Made by a program: the position numbers and the translations under genes. Below are positions 59,703 through 64,000 of a DNA stretch of 64,000 bases, in pieces. Numbering within the stretch: position 1 is the stretch's first letter; the number at the start of each line of letters is the position of its first letter. Below the pieces are notes generated by a model that was given only the letters and a program-made list of their open reading frames with translations, was not told the DNA's origin and searched no databases. This DNA comes from Parcubacteria group bacterium (GTDB taxonomy: Bacteria; Patescibacteriota; Minisyncoccia; UBA6257): contig JAAZNP010000004.1 of the NCBI GenBank assembly GCA_012798235.1, positions 2,171-66,170 of the forward strand, read 5' to 3'.

Positions 59703-61064
59703 GTGGAAAATATAATTGATAAAATAGTTTCTTTATGCAAACGTCGCGGTTTTATTTTTCCTGACTCCGAAATTTATGGCGGTTTAGCTAATACTTGGGA
59801 TTTCGGTCCTCTCGGAGTGGAATTGAAGAACAATATTAAGAAATTATGGTGGCAAAATATAGTAATTCAGCGCGACGATATAGCAGGATTAGATTCTAGC
59901 ATTATTATTAATCCTAAAGTTTGGGAAGCTTCTGGTCATGTCAGCGGTTTTGCTGACCCCTTGGTAGAATGCAAGTCTTGCCATACTCGTTTTAAGTTTG
60001 ATGATTTAATGAAAGGAAAATATGGCGAAGTTTCGATGAAAGATGGCTATCCCCATTGCCCTTTATGTGGTGGTGAACTTACTGAGGAGAAAAAATTTAA
60101 TTTAATGTTTAAGACTTTTTTGGGCCCAGTAGAAGATAAAGGACATTTAGCTTATTTAAGGCCAGAAACTGCTCAAGGAATATTTATTAATTTTAAGCAA
60201 ATTCTAAATGCTAGCCGTCAAAAGATTCCTTTTGGTATTGCCCAAATAGGGAAATCTTTTCGTAATGAAATTACTCCCGGGAATTTTATTTTTCGTACTC
60301 GGGAATTCGAACAGATGGAATTAGAGTATTTTGTAAAGCCTTCTGAAAGTAAAAAATGGTATCGTTATTGGCAAGAAGAGCGCTTAAATTGGTATTTCAA
60401 TTTAGGAATTAAAAAAGAACACTTGCGTTTAAGGGAGCATAGTAAAGAAGAATTGGCTCACTATGCTCTTAGTTGCGCTGATATTGAATACCAATTTCCG
60501 TTTTTAAATGATGAGGGTTGGGGAGAATTAGAAGGGATTGCCAATCGTGGCGATTATGATTTAAAGAATCATCAGGAGCATTCGGGAAAGGATTTGAGTT
60601 ATTTTGATGAAGAAACTAAAGAAAGCTATTTACCTTATGTTATTGAACCTTCAGCTGGCGTTGAAAGATCTTTATTAGCTTTTCTTTTAGATGCTTATCA
60701 CGAGGAGAAAGATAAAAATAATGAGACGCGAGTTGTTTTGAAATTACATCCGCAATTAGCTCCTATTAAAGTAGCTGTTTTCCCATTATTAAAAAATAAT
60801 CCAGAATTGGTTAATTTAGCCCAAAAGATTTATCAAGATTTAAAATTATCGCTTAATGTTTTAGTTGATTATGACGAAGTGGGTTCTATTGGTCGTCGTT
60901 ATCGTCGCCAAGATGAAGTGGGCACGCCATGGTGTTTAACTATCGACCACCAGAGTTTAGAAGATAAAACGGTAACGATTAGAGACCGCGACACTATGCA
61001 ACAAGAGAGAATAAAAATCGAAGAAATAGAAAATTTTCTCAGAAAAAAATTAACTAATGTTTAA
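59703..61064 (+). CDS. glyQS: Glycyl-tRNA synthetase (alpha2 dimeric type)
   Basis: Class II motifs FRNEITPG and the RTREFEQME region are present, with a C-terminal anticodon-binding domain. Confidence 0.85.
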   Translation: MENIIDKIVSLCKRRGFIFPDSEIYGGLANTWDFGPLGVELKNNIKKLWWQNIVIQRDDIAGLDSSIIINPKVWEASGHVSGFADPLVECKSCHTRFKFDDLMKGKYGEVSMKDGYPHCPLCGGELTEEKKFNLMFKTFLGPVEDKGHLAYLRPETAQGIFINFKQILNASRQKIPFGIAQIGKSFRNEITPGNFIFRTREFEQMELEYFVKPSESKKWYRYWQEERLNWYFNLGIKKEHLRLREHSKEELAHYALSCADIEYQFPFLNDEGWGELEGIANRGDYDLKNHQEHSGKDLSYFDEETKESYLPYVIEPSAGVERSLLAFLLDAYHEEKDKNNETRVVLKLHPQLAPIKVAVFPLLKNNPELVNLAQKIYQDLKLSLNVLVDYDEVGSIGRRYRRQDEVGTPWCLTIDHQSLEDKTVTIRDRDTMQQERIKIEEIENFLRKKLTNV

Positions 61065-61075
61065 TTATTGAAACG

Positions 61076-62347
61076 GTGTATAAATTCCAAGTTAAAAATT
61101 TTCCTAATGGCTTGCGTCTTTTAATGGTTCCTTCAAAAGAATCATTATCTTTTCAAATTACTACTTTAGTTAATACAGGAGCTGATTTTGAAACAAAAAA
61201 TCTTAATGGGATTTCTCATTTTTTGGAACACATGTGTTTTAAAGGGACCAAGAAGCGACCAACTAATTTAGATATTGCTAAAGAATTAGATAGAGTGGGT
61301 GGTATTTATAATGCTTTTACTGGCCGCGAATATACAGGATATTTTGTGCGCGTAGCCAAGGAGTATCAGCAATTAGCTATTGATATCGTTTCTGATATTT
61401 ATTTGAATTCTCAATTTCCTGAAGCAGAAATTGAAAAAGAGCGAGGAGTAATTATTGAAGAGATTAATATGTATCACGATGACCCTAAAAGTTATATTGA
61501 TGAGCTTTGGATAAAATTACTTTATGGAAATCAGCCAGCTGGTTGGTCTATTGCTGGGACGAAGACCAATATTCATCAAATTTCCAGAAGAGATTTTTTG
61601 ACTTATCACCAACAACAATATCGTAGTCAATCAACATTAATAATTGTTAGTGGTAATTTTAAAACTAGAGAAGTGACAAATTTAATTCAACAAGCATTTG
61701 TTTCCATCCCCCGAGGCAAAGCAAAAAATAAAATTAAAGCTAAAGAAAAACAAAAACAACCGCAATTAATTTTTGAAAAAAGAAATATTGACCAAACGCA
61801 TATTATTTTAGGGGTGAGGGGGATAAATATTTTTGATCAGAGACGTTATGCTTTAAATGTTTTTGATTCTATTTTGAGTGGCGGGATGTCATCGCGATTA
61901 TTTCAATTGGTGCGAGGAAAATTAGGAGCTGCTTATTATATTGATAGCGGCATTGAAGCCAAAACTGACACTGGCTATTGGGCTGTTATTAGTGGTTTAG
62001 ACAGCAAACGAGTAGAACTAATTTTGAAGGAAATTCTGGCAGAGTGGCAAAGTTTTAAAAAAATACCCGTTTCTTCTCAAGAAATGACAAAAGCTAAGGA
62101 ATTTATGATGGGCCAAATGGCTTTAGCTTTTGAAGATGTCCATAAAATTGCTTCTTTTTATGGAACCCAATTATTACTGAAAAAGAAAATAGAAAATTAC
62201 CAAGAATATTTAAGGAAAATCAAACAAGTAACTTCTCGCGATGTTCAAAAATTAGCCAATGATTTATTAAAACCTGAATGTCTTAATTTAGCTATGGTCG
62301 GGCCTCACTCTACAGCAAAACAATTTAAAAAAATATTACATATTTAA
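61076..62347 (+). CDS. M16-family (pitrilysin-like) zinc peptidase
   Basis: The inverted zincin motif is HFLEHMCFKGT (HxxEH). Confidence 0.8.
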   Translation: MYKFQVKNFPNGLRLLMVPSKESLSFQITTLVNTGADFETKNLNGISHFLEHMCFKGTKKRPTNLDIAKELDRVGGIYNAFTGREYTGYFVRVAKEYQQLAIDIVSDIYLNSQFPEAEIEKERGVIIEEINMYHDDPKSYIDELWIKLLYGNQPAGWSIAGTKTNIHQISRRDFLTYHQQQYRSQSTLIIVSGNFKTREVTNLIQQAFVSIPRGKAKNKIKAKEKQKQPQLIFEKRNIDQTHIILGVRGINIFDQRRYALNVFDSILSGGMSSRLFQLVRGKLGAAYYIDSGIEAKTDTGYWAVISGLDSKRVELILKEILAEWQSFKKIPVSSQEMTKAKEFMMGQMALAFEDVHKIASFYGTQLLLKKKIENYQEYLRKIKQVTSRDVQKLANDLLKPECLNLAMVGPHSTAKQFKKILHI

Positions 62348-62348
62348 T

Positions 62349-63350
62349 ATGATGGATATTTCTTGGCAAAGTATTTGGCGTTTTTTTCTGGTGTTAATTT
62401 TAATTTTGACTATTTGGTTTTTCCGCCAGATTATTTTGTTTGTGTTAGTAGCTTTTATTATTGCTTCTTTATTAGAGATACCCATTAATGCTCTCGACAA
62501 GAAAATTAAACATCGCTGGCTTTCCAGTTTTATTATTTATTTGATTACTTTATTATTGATTGGTTTTTTAATATATGCGAGCATTCCTTCGCTTTTGGAA
62601 ATAATACAATCATTTCGACAGAATTTTAATGTAGATATTAACTCGAGCGCTTTTTTGGATTTATTAGAAAAATGGAATTTATTAGATTTGGGCTTAAATA
62701 ATCAACTACTTAATGTTTTCCTGAAATCATATAGCTTTCTGATAAAAATTACTGGAGGCGCTTTTTCTATTCTTTTTGTTTTCCTTTTATCATTTTTCTT
62801 GAATACGGAAACTCAGGGTATTGAAAAGGGGCTTCGGTTGATTGTGCCTAAAGGTTACGAAGATTATGTGGTGAGCCTTTGGGAAAAAGGCCGCCAAAAA
62901 GTTAGTAGTTGGTTTTATAGCCAATTAATTTTAAGTTTTTTTGTCGTGCTTTGTTTATTTATTGTTTTAAATATTTTGGGAATTCCTCATGTTTGGTTTT
63001 TAATAATTCTTGCTGGATTATTAGATTTCATCCCTTATATTGGGCCAGTAATTGCGGGTATGGTGATTACTTTTTTTGGTTTAAGTCAGGGTTTAATGCC
63101 AGGACTATTAGTATTGTTATTCTTTGTTATTATCCAATTTTTAGAAAATATTATCGCGCCGCCTATCAGGGCGCGAACGATGCAAATGAATCCCTTAATG
63201 ATTATCTTGGCTATTTTATTAGGGGGAAAATTAATGGGCGCTGTTGGTGCGATTATTGCCTTGCCTATTACCGCAATTTTAATCGAGCTGTTCCGCGATA
63301 TTAAAAGCGGCAAAATTCATAATTACTTACCCCAGAAAAAACTTCTGTAA
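62349..63350 (+). CDS. AI-2E/UPF0118 family membrane transporter
   Basis: ~8 TM helices, with a length and topology typical of PerM/YdiK. Confidence 0.55.
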   Translation: MMDISWQSIWRFFLVLILILTIWFFRQIILFVLVAFIIASLLEIPINALDKKIKHRWLSSFIIYLITLLLIGFLIYASIPSLLEIIQSFRQNFNVDINSSAFLDLLEKWNLLDLGLNNQLLNVFLKSYSFLIKITGGAFSILFVFLLSFFLNTETQGIEKGLRLIVPKGYEDYVVSLWEKGRQKVSSWFYSQLILSFFVVLCLFIVLNILGIPHVWFLIILAGLLDFIPYIGPVIAGMVITFFGLSQGLMPGLLVLLFFVIIQFLENIIAPPIRARTMQMNPLMIILAILLGGKLMGAVGAIIALPITAILIELFRDIKSGKIHNYLPQKKLL

Positions 63351-63356
63351 TAAATC

Positions 63357-64000
63357 ATGACAAAATATTACCTTACTACTGCTATTGATTATGTGAATGC
63401 CTCTCCGCATGCTGGTCATGCCTTAGAAAAAATTTTGGCTGATGTTTTGGCGCGTTACAAACGGTTTTCTGGAGAAGAAGTATATTTTTTAACTGGTACT
63501 GATGAGAATAGTTTAAAAAACGTGCAATCAGCAGAGAAAGAGGGAATTCCAGTAGCCACGCTGGTAGAACGTAATGCTCAGAAATTTATTTCCTTAGCAA
63601 AAGCCTTGAATTTGAGTAATGATGATTTTATTAGAACAACAGAAAAACGCCATCTTTTAGGAGTGTCAAAGTTATGGCAGGCTTGTGAAAAAGATATTTA
63701 TAAAAAAACCTACGAAGGTTTGTATTGTGTTGGCTGTGAAGAGTTTTACAAAGAAAGTGAATTAATTAATGGTTTATGTCCCGAACATAAAACTAAGCCA
63801 GAATTAGTTAAAGAAGAAAATTATTTCTTTCGACTTTCCCAATATCAAAAACAATTAAAAGATTTAATTAGTTCCGATAAAATAAAAATCATACCTGAAA
63901 GCCGGAAAAATGAAGTCCTGAGTTTTATTAATAGCGGCTTAGAAGATATTTGTATTTCTCGCTCTAGCGAACGCGCTCATTATTGGGGTATTGATGCACC
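63357..64000 (+). CDS. metG: Methionyl-tRNA synthetase, N-terminal part (continues beyond the window)
   Basis: MTKYYLTTAIDYVNASPHAGHALEKILADV (HIGH-type motif) is present. Four Cys (CVGCEEF...C) form the zinc knuckle. Confidence 0.8.
   Translation, partial: MTKYYLTTAIDYVNASPHAGHALEKILADVLARYKRFSGEEVYFLTGTDENSLKNVQSAEKEGIPVATLVERNAQKFISLAKALNLSNDDFIRTTEKRHLLGVSKLWQACEKDIYKKTYEGLYCVGCEEFYKESELINGLCPEHKTKPELVKEENYFFRLSQYQKQLKDLISSDKIKIIPESRKNEVLSFINSGLEDICISRSSERAHYWGIDA

Noticed and set aside
1-64000. Alternative genetic code (UGA recoding, as in some CPR lineages)
   Set aside because: Long conserved genes (gyrA 820 aa, pnp 705 aa, valS, recG, ftsH) are intact with standard stops. The only anomalous in-frame stop is a TAA in the DUF134 gene.
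1-64000. rRNA genes, prophage/integrase, restriction-modification or other recognisable defence systems
   Set aside because: No rRNA-like conserved stretches and no integrase, recombinase, terminase, REase or Cas signatures were found in any translated ORF. The only methyltransferase (28587..29126) is a small class I SAM MTase without DNA-MTase motifs.

Overview
The window is AT-rich (roughly 30-35% GC by eye). Its gene content and style point to a small-genome bacterium of the Candidate Phyla Radiation (Patescibacteria) type. Supporting signs are shortened aminoacyl-tRNA synthetases and a shortened IF-2, and many secreted Cys-rich and pilin-like proteins. Of 18 tRNA genes, all but three lack an encoded CCA, and a CCA-adding enzyme gene sits next to a tRNA cluster. 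This lineage placement is an inference. The standard bacterial genetic code appears to be in use: long housekeeping ORFs are intact, with no sign of UGA recoding.

The backbone is housekeeping: clpP (partial), tig, nusA, alr, murA, tsaD, valS, gyrA, trpS, argS, cca, infB, the rpsO-(NYN)-pnp operon, ftsH, rluD, rplS, recG, recO, glyQS and metG (partial), plus 18 tRNA genes.

Accessory and unusual content:
- A previously unreported ~130-135 bp repeat family with perfect 19-bp terminal inverted repeats (CCCCTCACTTGGAAAAGAT). There are three full copies plus one miniature copy, and three of the four directly abut the 3' ends of tRNA genes. It is a candidate MITE or structured tRNA-trailer RNA.
- A five-gene minus-strand operon: an orphan solute-binding-like protein followed by four tandem paralogous two-helix pilin-like proteins (TrbC/VirB2-like cores). 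Their Cys/Gly-rich C-terminal tails are hypervariable.
- A sortase-associated surface-protein locus. It includes a large Cys-rich protein carrying a perfect 102-bp intragenic direct repeat, a CAP-domain protein and a sortase.
- Two secreted Cys-rich proteins, one with three Myxococcus-type cysteine-rich repeats and a (TG)n linker.
- A thiol-redox island (ArsR, Trx-like, ArsP-like permease, Grx, TrxB, DsbD-like) with a clear promoter and a 24-bp palindromic operator.
- A DUF134 gene interrupted by an in-frame TAA exactly between two conserved family motifs.
- A tRNA-Ile with a UAU anticodon.
- A heptanucleotide microsatellite inside tsaD.
- Several structured intergenic regions.

All tRNA anticodons and folds were derived by hand and should be re-checked.
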